Of a stretch of DNA of 64,000 bases, positions 1 through 9,665 are shown piece after piece. The notes under the pieces are model-generated. The model was not told the DNA's origin, ran no database searches, and worked only from the letters and a program-made list of their open reading frames with translations. Each line of letters begins with the position of its first letter. Within the stretch, counting starts at the first letter, position 1. The translations under genes and the position numbers were made by a program. Source of the stretch: a virus; the IMG/VR virus record IMGVR_UViG_3300017714_002439; one strand, written 5' to 3'.

Positions 1-3000
1 ACAACAGCAACAGAAATTGTTCCTGCTATCAACGAAATTCACGGAGAAGTAGACGCAATTGAAACACGTGTAACTTCAGCAGAAGGCGACATCACTACAC
101 AAACTGGTAGAATTGATGATATCATTTCTAACACAGATCCAGCAGCATTAGACTCGTTGACTGAGATTGTAGCGGCGTTCCAGGCAGCTGATACTAACAT
201 CAATGCTTTGATTACATCAAACACTACAGCTATCTCAACTGAAGCAACTGCAAGAGCAAGTGCTGATACTACACTACAAAATAATATCAACACTGAAGCG
301 GCTTCACGTGCAACAGCAGATACTACATTACAAGGTAATATCGACGCAGAAGCAACTGCAAGAGTTAATGGTGATGCGGCATCTGTAGCAACAGCGGCAG
401 CTGACGCAACTACTAAAGCAAATGCGGCACAGGCGGCAGCGATTGCACACGCAGATACAGAAGATGCAGCACTAATTGGTGATGCAACTGTAGACGGATC
501 AGCAGGCAATACTATTAAAGATCGTATTGAAGATGGTGATGCGGCAGTAACTACAGCGTTTCAGGCAGCTGATACGGCTTTAGATACAGCTTATAAGGCG
601 GCAGACGCAGCTATTCAACTTCAAGTAACAGCTAACGCTGGTGACATATCAACTAACACAAGTGACATTGCAACTAACACGGCAGCAATTGCACAAGAAG
701 TTACAGATAGAACATCTGCAGATAACACGTTACAAGCTAACATTACAGCAGAAGCAACTACAGCCAGAGCGGCAGAACTTGCCAACTCTCAAGCAATTAC
801 GGCGGAAGCCACAACTGCTAGAGCGGCTGAGGCAGCTAACACTACTGCTATTACAAATGAAGTAACTAGAGCAACTGGTATTGAAGCAGGTTTACGCACA
901 GACGTAGATGCTAATACAGTAACTGGTTCTACAAACGCAGCAGCGATTACAACTGAATCTACAGCAAGAGCGGCAGCAGACGCAACGTTACAAGCTAACA
1001 TTGATACTGAAACTGCTCGTGTTGACGCTATCTTGTTAAATGCCGATGGTGCATTAGACACATTAAAAGAAATTGGTGATGCTTTTGCAGCCGCTGATTC
1101 AACTTTACAAGGTCTAATTACAGCTAACGGAACACGTTTAACAACTAACGAAGGCGACATTGACACATTGGAAACAGAAATGGACAATGCAGAAGGTCGT
1201 TTAGATAGCTTAGAAGCAGTAGTGGCAACTGGTGGTCAAACACTAGATACTACAGCAACAACACTAGTTGGCGCTATTAACGAAGTGCATGGCGAAGTAA
1301 ACACTAACACAACTAACATTGGTGTTATTGGTGACTTAGATACTACAGCATCTAACTTAGTTGGTGCAGTAAACGAAGTGCATGGTGAAGTAAATGCTAA
1401 CAAAACAGCAGCAGACACAGATAGAGCGGATATCCGTTCAGAATTTGCGGCAGCTGACGGTGTTGTAACAGCGGCTTATATCGCGGCAGACGTAGTTGTA
1501 ACAAGTGCTTTCCAGGCAGCTGATGCGGCTCAAACAACAGCTTTACAGGCGTATGCAGATACGGCAGAAGCAGATGCTATTACGGCAGCGGCAACTTATA
1601 CTGATGCAGAAGTTCTAACTGAAAAGACTAGAGCAGAAGCGGCAGAATTAGTTCTTACAAACGGTTTGGCAGCTGAAGCAACTACAGCCAGAGCGGCTGA
1701 GCAGGCAAATGCGGCAGCGGCAGCGGCTAACTTGTTAGAAATTACTGCAACACAGGCAGGTTCAGGTTTAGAATTAAACGGAACATATACTGCACACAGT
1801 GGTTCTAACTATATTGACGCTGGTTCTAACTTAAAAGCAGTTGACTTATTACTTGATGCACAAGCTAAAGCAAACGCAGACGCAATTGCAGGCGAGATTA
1901 CTGACAGAACTACAGCGGTAGCGGCAGAGGCAACTACAGCACGTGCGGCAGAGGCAGCAAATGCTACAGCAATTGCGGCAGAAACAACAAGAGCTACAAC
2001 GGCAGAAAATGCCATTGCAGCAGACGTTGTAACTAACGCTAACTCAATTGCAACAGAGTCTTCTAGAGCACAAGCGGCAGAACAAGTAAACGCAACAGCG
2101 ATTGCTAACATTATAAGCAATACTGATCCAGCAGCATTAGATTCACTTAGTGAAATCGTAACTGCTTTCCAAAGTGCAGATAGCACATTGACTGGACTAG
2201 TAAATTCTAACGCAACTGATATTGCAACTAACACGGCAGGTTTAGCTCAAGAGCTAGTTGATCGTGCAGCGGCAGATACAGCATTAGATACAGCTTATAA
2301 GGCAGCAGATACTACATTACAAGCAAACATTGACCTTAAACTAGCACTAGCTGGTGGAACTATGTCAGGTGATATTGCAATGGGTAGTAACAAAGTAACT
2401 GGACTTGCTAACGGCACAGCTAACACTGATGCAATTAACAAAGGTCAGTTAGATGCGGCGATTTCAGCACAAGACATTAGTGTTTATGACACTGGTGATT
2501 TAGCTGAAGGTTCAAACCTATATTACACTGATACTAGATCAAGAGCAGCTATATCTGTAACAGATACAGCAGGCGATGGTAAAGTAAGCTATAACAATAG
2601 CACAGGTGTTATTAGTATTGATACTGATGGAACAGTCCTAGATTTAACAGATGTAAGCGACACAGCATACACTAACAAAGATGGATATGTTTTAACAGTT
2701 AACTCAAATGCTGATGGTATGGAACTTAAAGATCCTTCATTGATATTCACTAACAACTTCCGTCAAACTATTGCAGGTGACGGAACAGCAACACAATTTG
2801 CATTAACGCAAGATATTAATCAAGCTGATGCAATGGTATTTGTTGGCGGTGTTATCCAGGATCCAGTCACACACTATACTGTTTCTAACCAAGTGATTAC
2901 AATGACATCTGCAATGCCGGTAGGCACACAAGCAGTTGTTATTGCTCCTCAAGTAGGACTATCACCAACATTAACAGCAGGCCAGGTAACATCTGATAAA

Positions 3001-3333
3001 TTATCAGCTGATATTAAGGCATACGTGCAAGGTTCAAATGTTTCAACAACAACAGGTGGAGATGTAATCGATACCTTTGCTAAAGCAACATATCGTTCTG
3101 CTAAGTATATCATACAAGCAGATGATGGAAACGGAAACTACGAAACACGTGAAGCACTAGTAACACACGATGGAACTACAGCATACATCACAGAATATGC
3201 GATGGTATACACAGGTTCTAACTTAGTAGGTGATGCAAGTGTTAACATGAACGGAGCAAACGTAGAGTTAACCTATACAACTAACTCAGGAACAGCAACA
3301 GTGAAAGTTATTTCAACTTACATTGATGTGTAA
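1..3333 (+). CDS. Long Ala/Thr-rich tail fibre-like protein (5'-partial)
   Basis: Frame 1 is open from base 1 (TTATEIVPAINEIHGEV...), so the TTG at 157 is an internal Leu. Repeated fibre motifs DPAALDSL(T/S)EI, LDTTA..LVGA(I/V)NEVHGEV, DTGDLAEGSNLYYTD and LAGGTMSGDIAMG; beta-rich C-terminal domain. Confidence 0.8.
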   Translation, partial: TTATEIVPAINEIHGEVDAIETRVTSAEGDITTQTGRIDDIISNTDPAALDSLTEIVAAFQAADTNINALITSNTTAISTEATARASADTTLQNNINTEAASRATADTTLQGNIDAEATARVNGDAASVATAAADATTKANAAQAAAIAHADTEDAALIGDATVDGSAGNTIKDRIEDGDAAVTTAFQAADTALDTAYKAADAAIQLQVTANAGDISTNTSDIATNTAAIAQEVTDRTSADNTLQANITAEATTARAAELANSQAITAEATTARAAEAANTTAITNEVTRATGIEAGLRTDVDANTVTGSTNAAAITTESTARAAADATLQANIDTETARVDAILLNADGALDTLKEIGDAFAAADSTLQGLITANGTRLTTNEGDIDTLETEMDNAEGRLDSLEAVVATGGQTLDTTATTLVGAINEVHGEVNTNTTNIGVIGDLDTTASNLVGAVNEVHGEVNANKTAADTDRADIRSEFAAADGVVTAAYIAADVVVTSAFQAADAAQTTALQAYADTAEADAITAAATYTDAEVLTEKTRAEAAELVLTNGLAAEATTARAAEQANAAAAAANLLEITATQAGSGLELNGTYTAHSGSNYIDAGSNLKAVDLLLDAQAKANADAIAGEITDRTTAVAAEATTARAAEAANATAIAAETTRATTAENAIAADVVTNANSIATESSRAQAAEQVNATAIANIISNTDPAALDSLSEIVTAFQSADSTLTGLVNSNATDIATNTAGLAQELVDRAAADTALDTAYKAADTTLQANIDLKLALAGGTMSGDIAMGSNKVTGLANGTANTDAINKGQLDAAISAQDISVYDTGDLAEGSNLYYTDTRSRAAISVTDTAGDGKVSYNNSTGVISIDTDGTVLDLTDVSDTAYTNKDGYVLTVNSNADGMELKDPSLIFTNNFRQTIAGDGTATQFALTQDINQADAMVFVGGVIQDPVTHYTVSNQVITMTSAMPVGTQAVVIAPQVGLSPTLTAGQVTSDKLSADIKAYVQGSNVSTTTGGDVIDTFAKATYRSAKYIIQADDGNGNYETREALVTHDGTTAYITEYAMVYTGSNLVGDASVNMNGANVELTYTTNSGTATVKVISTYIDV

Positions 3334-3347
3334 TGATAAAACTAACA

Positions 3348-3370
3348 GAGTGCAGCCAGAGGCTGCACTC
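3348..3370 (+). other. Perfect 10-bp GC-rich hairpin between fibre genes (no U-tract)
   Basis: gagtgcagcc-aga-ggctgcactc. Confidence 0.6.
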
Positions 3371-3488
3371 GATATTAACGGAAACTAATTTTATGGCGAA
3401 TATAAAAGCAGTTAATATGTTAAAAATAACGGTAAATACATTGCTACTCAATGTAGCTACTTTTTTCGCGAAAAAGGAAAACTAAAAT

Positions 3489-5297
3489 ATGGCACAAAGA
3501 AAATTTATTATAGACGGCGGCTTTCAAACTAGCGATGATTCTTCAATCTCGGCTAATTTGGAAATGACCGGCCACATTCTTCCTACTGTTGACTCTGACG
3601 GAACTACAGGTTACGACTTAGGTTCAACTACGAAGAAATGGCGAGACTTGTTCTTATCACAAGGCTCATTATATGTTGATGGACAAAAAGTCCTTCACTC
3701 AGACTCTGGAACGATCGTCGTATCGGCGGACAACAACCAAGGTCTATTAACAAGAACTACAGGATCAGGTGTTATTGCATTTGCTTCAGATCAACCAATT
3801 TCAGTTCAACAAACGTTACAAATGGGATCAGGTAAGAAAATTACTGATGCAGATGGAACAGCAGTTGGATTTGGCGACAAGATTGATATGGACAGCAATA
3901 AAATGATTAACGTTGGTGATCCTACAGCAGATCAAGATGCAGCAACTAAGGAATATGTTGATGATGAAATTGATGGTTTAGTAAATGGCGCCCCAGGTGC
4001 CCTTGACACACTAAACGAACTTGCTAACGCATTAGGTGATGACTCAAACTTTGCGGCAACAATGACTACAAGTTTGGCAACTAAAGCAGCAACTACTTAT
4101 GTTGATAGTGCAGACGCTAGTGTGGCTTCAGCCGCATCAACAGACGCAACTACTAAAGCAGACGCGGCTCAAACAGCAGCGGCAAGTGATGCAACTACTA
4201 AAGCAAATGCGGCAGAGGCAAATGCAATTGCACACACTAATACACGTGAAGTAGCAATTACATCTGGATATGAATCATATGCAGATACAGCCGAAGCAGA
4301 TGCAATCAGCACAGCGGCAGCAGATGCAACTACTAAAGCAAATGCGGCACAGGCGGCAGCTGAAGCTACAGCATCAGCAGACGCAACTACTAAAGCAGAC
4401 GCGGCAGAGGCAGATGCAATTTCAACTGCGGCAGCTGACGCAACTACTAAAGCAAATGCGGCCCAGGCAGCAGCGGCAACAGATGCAACTACTAAAGCAG
4501 ACGCGGCATTGTCATCAGCTCAATCGTATGCAGATTCTGCCACTTCAAGTGGTGCAGTAACGGCAGCGGCAACAGATGCAACTACTAAAGCAAATGCGGC
4601 TCAGGCAGCGGCAATTAGTGCGGCGGCAACAGATGCAACTACTAAAGCAAATGCGGCTCAGGCAGCGGCTGAAGCCACAGCAAGTTCAGATGCTACTAAC
4701 AAGGCTAACGCGGCACAACAAGCGGCAATTGATGCAGTAACTAATGGTGCAGGCGCATCATTTGATACGCTAAAAGAAATCCAAGACGCAATGGCAACAG
4801 ATGCTGAACTTTCAGCAGCTATTAGTGGATTAACAATTGGTAATGGAACAATGACAGTAACAGCAGGTGCTGGTATGACAGGTGGTGGATCATTCACTGC
4901 TAACCAAACTGGAAACTCAAGTGTTACATTAAATGCAATTGCAGGTAACGGTATTACTGTTAATGCAGACGATATTGCAATGTCAGGTTCATTCACAGGT
5001 GGCTTTACAGCAACTGGTGATATTACAGCTTACTCAGATGAGAGTTTAAAAACTAACATCCAAACAATTGACAACGCTTTAAACAGAGTTGAAGCAGTTC
5101 GCGGTGTTACTTTTGAAAGACTAGAAGACGGTTCAGTATCAACAGGTGTTGTTGCTCAGGAATTACACGCAGTATTACCTGAAGCAGTAAAAACTGATGA
5201 GAACGGTTTACATCATGTTGCTTATGGTAACATTACAGGTCTATTAATTGAAGCGGTTAAAGAACTATCAGCAGAAGTTAAAGAACTTAAAAAGTAA
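3489..5297 (+). CDS. Tail fibre with DATTKA repeats and C-terminal S74 intramolecular chaperone
   Basis: C-terminal YSDESLKTNIQTIDNALNRVEAVRGVTF...GVVAQE...VAYGNITGLLIEAVKEL is the typical S74 chaperone pattern; GALDTLNELANALGDD motif; RBS aaggaa. Confidence 0.85.
   Translation: MAQRKFIIDGGFQTSDDSSISANLEMTGHILPTVDSDGTTGYDLGSTTKKWRDLFLSQGSLYVDGQKVLHSDSGTIVVSADNNQGLLTRTTGSGVIAFASDQPISVQQTLQMGSGKKITDADGTAVGFGDKIDMDSNKMINVGDPTADQDAATKEYVDDEIDGLVNGAPGALDTLNELANALGDDSNFAATMTTSLATKAATTYVDSADASVASAASTDATTKADAAQTAAASDATTKANAAEANAIAHTNTREVAITSGYESYADTAEADAISTAAADATTKANAAQAAAEATASADATTKADAAEADAISTAAADATTKANAAQAAAATDATTKADAALSSAQSYADSATSSGAVTAAATDATTKANAAQAAAISAAATDATTKANAAQAAAEATASSDATNKANAAQQAAIDAVTNGAGASFDTLKEIQDAMATDAELSAAISGLTIGNGTMTVTAGAGMTGGGSFTANQTGNSSVTLNAIAGNGITVNADDIAMSGSFTGGFTATGDITAYSDESLKTNIQTIDNALNRVEAVRGVTFERLEDGSVSTGVVAQELHAVLPEAVKTDENGLHHVAYGNITGLLIEAVKELSAEVKELKK
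4140..4720 (+). repeat. Coding tandem repeats gcaactactaaagca (DATTKA(N/D)AA), 8 exact peptide copies plus 1 variant
   Basis: Counted in the translation and visible at DNA level; boundaries approximate. Confidence 0.85.
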
Positions 5298-5314
5298 TTA
5301 AATTACTTAAAATT

Positions 5315-5344
5315 AAAAGCAGTGCTTAGGCACTGCTTTTTTTT
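5315..5344 (+). terminator. Intrinsic terminator
   Basis: aaaagcagtgc-ttag-gcactgctttt followed by a T-tract. Confidence 0.85.
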
Positions 5345-5362
5345 GACTAAACTTTCTTTATT

Positions 5363-5370
5363 GATAAATA
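5363..5370 (+). promoter_or_regulatory. Late promoter (T4 TATAAATA-like)
   Basis: GATAAATA upstream of 5396. Confidence 0.6.
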
Positions 5371-5395
5371 CTAACATAACATAGAGAGAGTTTCA

Positions 5396-6595
5396 ATGGC
5401 ATTTAGAGGCATACAATCAACAAATCTTATAAGTAATGACGTTGGGTTTTCTGACCCACTACTTATATTAAACAAAGATAGTAGCCTGCCTACAGATGTA
5501 GGTTGGTTAGGCAAAATAGGTCCTATAAGTTATGCTGGTCTTGTAAGAGACCATGAAACAAATACGTTTTGGTTAATTGATTCAGTTGACTTAACACCAC
5601 AATCACTTAATAGTATAAATGCAGGCGAAGTTACAAAAGGTAATTTACAATTAGGAACACTTACAGTTGATACAATTGTTGGCGGTGGACTTACTTCTAC
5701 ATTAGCTGAATTAACTGATGTTGATAATGGATCAGCTTCAACAGGAGACATGATCTTATATGATGGTTCATCATGGAGTTATGTAAACCTTGAAAGTGAA
5801 ATTAACACACGCATTACTGCATCACAAAATTCACAATCCTTAATTGGCTTATCAGATGTTGGACATACTAGTGATACTATAGCAAATGGAGATTTTCTTT
5901 TATACGACAGTAGCACAAGTAAATTTGGTTTTGTAAACTTTCAAAGTGAAGTAGTTGCATATGCAGATGGTCGTATAGCATCTACACTAAGTGGTAATGT
6001 CACTATAGGTGGAACACTAAACGCTAATGTTACAGGTAATGTTACGGGCAACGTTATAAATCCAAATACTGGCTCAACTGTATTAAACGCTTCTCAGCCG
6101 CAATACACATTAACAGGTAATGTAGCTGGTGATTTATATGGCGATGTAATTTCACCTACTCAAAATACGCCAATTATTACCACTGGTCCAGCATCAGATA
6201 CGTTAACGATACACAACGCACATGTTGAAAAACTAAAAGCACCAGGCAGTAGTGGAGCAACAATAATTGATACAACAGGCTACTACACAGTGCAAGGACA
6301 AAACATTGCACTAACAGGAACCTTATTTGGTGACATTTCTGACAGACTAGCAAATAATCCAGTTTTAACAGTAGGAACAGGTAACAATGATTCTCAATTG
6401 GTTGTGCATGAAGGAATAGTAGATGAGTTAACAGCTACTGATTCATTCACTCTTCCAAAAGGAGCAGCTCATCAACGACCAGCTTCTCCAGTAGAAGGCA
6501 TGATGTTTTTTAATTCAACAACCAAAATGTTTGAAGGATATGATGGAACAAATTGGGTTCAACTTATTCCTTCTACATATCAGCTTATTCCATAA
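5396..6595 (+). CDS. Tail fibre/virion structural protein
   Basis: L..L.DV repeats and C-terminal LPKGAAHQRPASPVEGMMFFNSTTKMFEGYDGTNW motif typical of phage fibre proteins; lies in the fibre cluster. Confidence 0.65.
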   Translation: MAFRGIQSTNLISNDVGFSDPLLILNKDSSLPTDVGWLGKIGPISYAGLVRDHETNTFWLIDSVDLTPQSLNSINAGEVTKGNLQLGTLTVDTIVGGGLTSTLAELTDVDNGSASTGDMILYDGSSWSYVNLESEINTRITASQNSQSLIGLSDVGHTSDTIANGDFLLYDSSTSKFGFVNFQSEVVAYADGRIASTLSGNVTIGGTLNANVTGNVTGNVINPNTGSTVLNASQPQYTLTGNVAGDLYGDVISPTQNTPIITTGPASDTLTIHNAHVEKLKAPGSSGATIIDTTGYYTVQGQNIALTGTLFGDISDRLANNPVLTVGTGNNDSQLVVHEGIVDELTATDSFTLPKGAAHQRPASPVEGMMFFNSTTKMFEGYDGTNWVQLIPSTYQLIP

Positions 6596-6599
6596 CAAG

Positions 6600-6607
6600 C
6601 ATAAATA
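6600..6607 (+). promoter_or_regulatory. Late promoter
   Basis: CATAAATA upstream of 6632. Confidence 0.6.
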
Positions 6608-6631
6608 CATAATATAGGATGGAGACTAAAC

Positions 6632-8206
6632 GTGGCTTTTAAAATTGGTAACAACACAGTAATACATGACGCAGATGCTACAGCGGCTATTGTAACAAAT
6701 AGTGATTTAGATGTATTGCAAATTAATGGAACAGATGTATTAGTCCATGACGGTTCTACAATTACATTAAAAAATGTAACAATAGAAGATGCAGCAGAAA
6801 GCTCAATAAACACTGATAATATTACCGAAGGCTCAACTAATTTATTTTTTACAAATGCAAGAGCTGTTTCAGCCTTAGCGGCAACAACATCTGCATTAGC
6901 TGCCGATATTGTAACAAACACAACAGCTATTACACTCAATACAGGTAACATTAACACTAAGCTACCATTAGCTGGTGGAACATTAACAGGAGCATTAACA
7001 TTAAGTGGTGCACCTACTAGTGCCAATCATGCTTCTACTAAAGCATATGTAGATAGTTCAATATCAAGCGGAGCAATAGCAGACACTGATTCGTTAGCTG
7101 AAGGTTCAACAAATTTATATTACACAGATGCAAGAGTAAACACTTTATTGGGAAGCTATGCCACAGAAGCATATGTAGATCAGGCCGAAGTAGATGCGAA
7201 AGCATATACAGATACACGTGAAACAGCAATTACAACTGCATATGAATCTTATACAGATACACGTGAAACAGCAATTACAACTGCATATGAATCTTATACA
7301 GATACAGCGGTAGCAGGTGTTGTAGATTCAGCACCAGCGGCATTAGATACATTAAACGAACTAGCAGCAGCATTAGGTGATGATCCAAATCTTAGCACAA
7401 CACTAACTACAGCAATAGGAACAAAGGTTGCTAAAGCAGGCGACACTATGACAGGCGCACTTACATTAAGTGGCGCACCAAGTAGTGCCAATCATGCCGC
7501 AACCAAGGCATATGTTGATTCATCAGTATCAGGTGGAACAGGTGCATTAGACACAGACGATATTACAGAAGCCGGAAATTTATATTACACAGATGTAAGA
7601 GCACAAGCAGTTTCAATTAATAACGTAGTAGAAGATACAAGCCCACAGCTAGGTGGATTGTTAAGTGCAAATAGTTTTGATATTGATATGGGCACAAATA
7701 TTATTACTGATGCAAAAGTTGGATTCTGGGATGCGGCGTTTAGTTGGGGCAATCATGCAAGTGCTGGTTACTTAACAAGCTATACAGATACTAATACAAC
7801 ATATACAGCAGGCAACGGATTAACATTAAGTGGAACAGAGTTTCTAATGAGTGGTAACTACACAGGTAGCTTTACAGCATCTGGTGATGTTACAGCATAC
7901 TCAGACGAAAGACTAAAAAGTGATATAACAACAATCGAAGATGCACTAAACAAAGTAAAAAATCTGCGAGGAGTTATGTTTGATAAAACAGATACACTAA
8001 GCAGTGAGCTAAAACGCTCAACTGGAGTTATAGCACAAGAAGTAGAAAAAGTATTACCAGAGGTAGTGCATAACGATATCAATACAGGTTATAAATCTGT
8101 AGCCTACGGAAATATAGTAGGTGTTCTTATCGAAGCTATTAAAGAACAGCAAGAACAAATTGACAAATTAAAACATGACATTGAGTTCTTAAAAGGTATC
8201 AGATAA
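6632..8206 (+). CDS. Tail fibre with C-terminal S74 chaperone
   Basis: GTG start with ggag RBS; three TD.(L/I).E..NL(Y/F)(Y/F)T..R motifs; PAALDTLNELAAALGDD; C-terminal YSDERLKSDITTIEDAL...GVIAQEVEKVLPEVV. Confidence 0.85.
   Translation: MAFKIGNNTVIHDADATAAIVTNSDLDVLQINGTDVLVHDGSTITLKNVTIEDAAESSINTDNITEGSTNLFFTNARAVSALAATTSALAADIVTNTTAITLNTGNINTKLPLAGGTLTGALTLSGAPTSANHASTKAYVDSSISSGAIADTDSLAEGSTNLYYTDARVNTLLGSYATEAYVDQAEVDAKAYTDTRETAITTAYESYTDTRETAITTAYESYTDTAVAGVVDSAPAALDTLNELAAALGDDPNLSTTLTTAIGTKVAKAGDTMTGALTLSGAPSSANHAATKAYVDSSVSGGTGALDTDDITEAGNLYYTDVRAQAVSINNVVEDTSPQLGGLLSANSFDIDMGTNIITDAKVGFWDAAFSWGNHASAGYLTSYTDTNTTYTAGNGLTLSGTEFLMSGNYTGSFTASGDVTAYSDERLKSDITTIEDALNKVKNLRGVMFDKTDTLSSELKRSTGVIAQEVEKVLPEVVHNDINTGYKSVAYGNIVGVLIEAIKEQQEQIDKLKHDIEFLKGIR
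7205..7306 (+). repeat. Perfect in-frame 45-bp tandem duplication (YTDTRETAITTAYES x2, 2.27 copies)
   Basis: tatacagatacacgtgaaacagcaattacaactgcatatgaatct at 7205-7249 and 7250-7294, plus 12 further nt. Confidence 0.95.
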
Positions 8207-8238
8207 TTAAGCATTAACACAATTAATATATCAATTAC

Positions 8239-8246
8239 GATAAATA
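8239..8246 (+). promoter_or_regulatory. Late promoter
   Basis: GATAAATA upstream of 8299. Confidence 0.5.
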
Positions 8247-8298
8247 TAACTAACAAACGATTGTTTGTTAACGTTAATAAACTCGAGGAGTAACAAGA

Positions 8299-8481
8299 AT
8301 GGCATTACCAGCAACCGGAAATCAAATTAGCATGAGCACAGTTCGTGACTATTTTGGACTTAGTGGAACAGTATCACTATACCAACTAGGAACGTTCATC
8401 TCACCTAATGTGACAACTAATATTAAACTATCGGCCACTTTTGGTGGTTGGCAGAACCCTAACTCAACAGGCGCATCATAA
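8299..8481 (+). CDS. Small fibre-associated protein (60 aa)
   Basis: Strong RBS gaggag; N-terminus MALPATGNQISMSTVR resembles small proteins that follow S74-bearing fibres. Confidence 0.6.
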   Translation: MALPATGNQISMSTVRDYFGLSGTVSLYQLGTFISPNVTTNIKLSATFGGWQNPNSTGAS

Positions 8482-8509
8482 TTATATGATTTTTAAAAAA
8501 CACTGTCAA
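8481..8509 (-). promoter_or_regulatory. Leftward (antisense) consensus sigma70 promoter
   Basis: Minus strand TTGACA (8509-8504), 17-nt spacer, TATAAT (8486-8481). Confidence 0.6.
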
Positions 8510-8535
8510 GTAGCTCTTGACAGTGTTTGCTTTTT
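8498..8535. terminator. 13-bp perfect inverted repeat, probable terminator, containing both -35 boxes
   Basis: aaacactgtcaag-tagct-cttgacagtgttt, flanked by A- and T-rich runs. Confidence 0.65.
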
Positions 8536-8545
8536 GTTGTATAAT
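8517..8545 (+). promoter_or_regulatory. Consensus sigma70 promoter for the 8587-10758 operon
   Basis: TTGACA-N17-TATAAT. Confidence 0.85.
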
Positions 8546-8586
8546 TAAACGGATATATACAAGTATACTCAATACAGGAGAAAACT

Positions 8587-9006
8587 ATGAGTCTAAGAAC
8601 ACGATTTGAAATCGAAACATTTTTGTTGGGTGCTCACCCAACAGTTGAAAGACAAGCATTAGAATTACAAAGTGAACTAATGCAAGCTCGATCACAAAAC
8701 CATCCAGACTTAGCAATGTTAGAAGCAGTGGCTACTGACTTTGTTGCTAAAAACGGCGAATTTGACGCCTTAATAGGCGGAATAGAAACAACTGAAGAAG
8801 AATATTGGACACAACGTCTAGCTCGATTGGCAGCAATTGATATTCTTACAATTGGTAAAGTTCAACCAGAGCATATGAATTATATGGCATCGCTTAGTGA
8901 TGATGCATTTGCTTCATGTGTAAAATCAGCAACAACACTTGCTAAATCATTAAATGATTCAGTTCAAGATATTGAAGCAGAACTTGGCCAAGAGCTTACT
9001 GACTAA
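8587..9006 (+). CDS. Hypothetical helical protein
   Basis: RBS aggag, 139 aa, no recognised motif. Confidence 0.7.
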   Translation: MSLRTRFEIETFLLGAHPTVERQALELQSELMQARSQNHPDLAMLEAVATDFVAKNGEFDALIGGIETTEEEYWTQRLARLAAIDILTIGKVQPEHMNYMASLSDDAFASCVKSATTLAKSLNDSVQDIEAELGQELTD

Positions 9007-9014
9007 TTTTTTAG

Positions 9015-9665
9015 ATGGTAAGCATACCCAAGTTTATACAGAAACCTGACCCTACCTCAAATGTTGCAATATGTGTTCCAGTAAGGGACCTTGTAACATC
9101 TACATTTAGTTATAGTTTAGCTATGCTTATGAAAAAGTGTGGAGAACAAGGTCAAAAAGTTTCTCTACATATGGTTATGGGAAGTGAAGTAGCAATGCAA
9201 CGTCAACAATTAGTTGATGAAGTTTTAAATACAAAAGCAACACATTTATTTTGGATTGACAGTGATATAAAATTTCCACCTGATGCATTATTTACATTAC
9301 TATCACATAAAAAAGATATTGTAGGAGCAAATTATAGCACTAGAGTAAAACCACATAGACCAGTAGCGTTTAAAAGTGAAACTAATCTCGATAAGAGAGT
9401 ATTTACCGGCAACGGAGTAGAAGAAGTATTTGCATTAGGTAGTGGTTTGTTATTGGTAAATAAATGTGTATATGAAAATATATCAAGACCACATTATAGT
9501 GTTGAATGGAATGATGACTATACTAGCTTAATGGGTGAAGATATATATTTTTGTAAGAAAGCATCAACGCATGGATATGTATCACATGTTGATAATGCGT
9601 TAAGCGATAGAGTTGCACATATAGGAACAAAAGAATACACAATAAAAGGCGATTGCTATGATTAG
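9015..9665 (+). CDS. GT-A fold glycosyltransferase (GT2-like)
   Basis: VAICVP start strand, FWIDSDI DxD motif, GSGLLLV, GEDIYFC. Confidence 0.75.
   Translation: MVSIPKFIQKPDPTSNVAICVPVRDLVTSTFSYSLAMLMKKCGEQGQKVSLHMVMGSEVAMQRQQLVDEVLNTKATHLFWIDSDIKFPPDALFTLLSHKKDIVGANYSTRVKPHRPVAFKSETNLDKRVFTGNGVEEVFALGSGLLLVNKCVYENISRPHYSVEWNDDYTSLMGEDIYFCKKASTHGYVSHVDNALSDRVAHIGTKEYTIKGDCYD

Noticed and set aside
39-2234. Long minus-strand ORFs (39..509, 789..1187, 1809..2234; also 4658..4996, 6580..7026)
   Set aside because: Shadows of GCN/ACN-rich fibre codons; no RBS or promoter, low-complexity translations.
4140-4720. Regularly recurring ~25-35 bp repeats resembling a CRISPR array
   Set aside because: In frame within a fibre gene, spacers are homologous and vary in multiples of 3, and there are no cas genes.
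1-8481. Diversity-generating retroelement acting on fibres
   Set aside because: No reverse transcriptase and no TR/VR pair with adenine-specific mismatches seen; the two S74 regions differ throughout.
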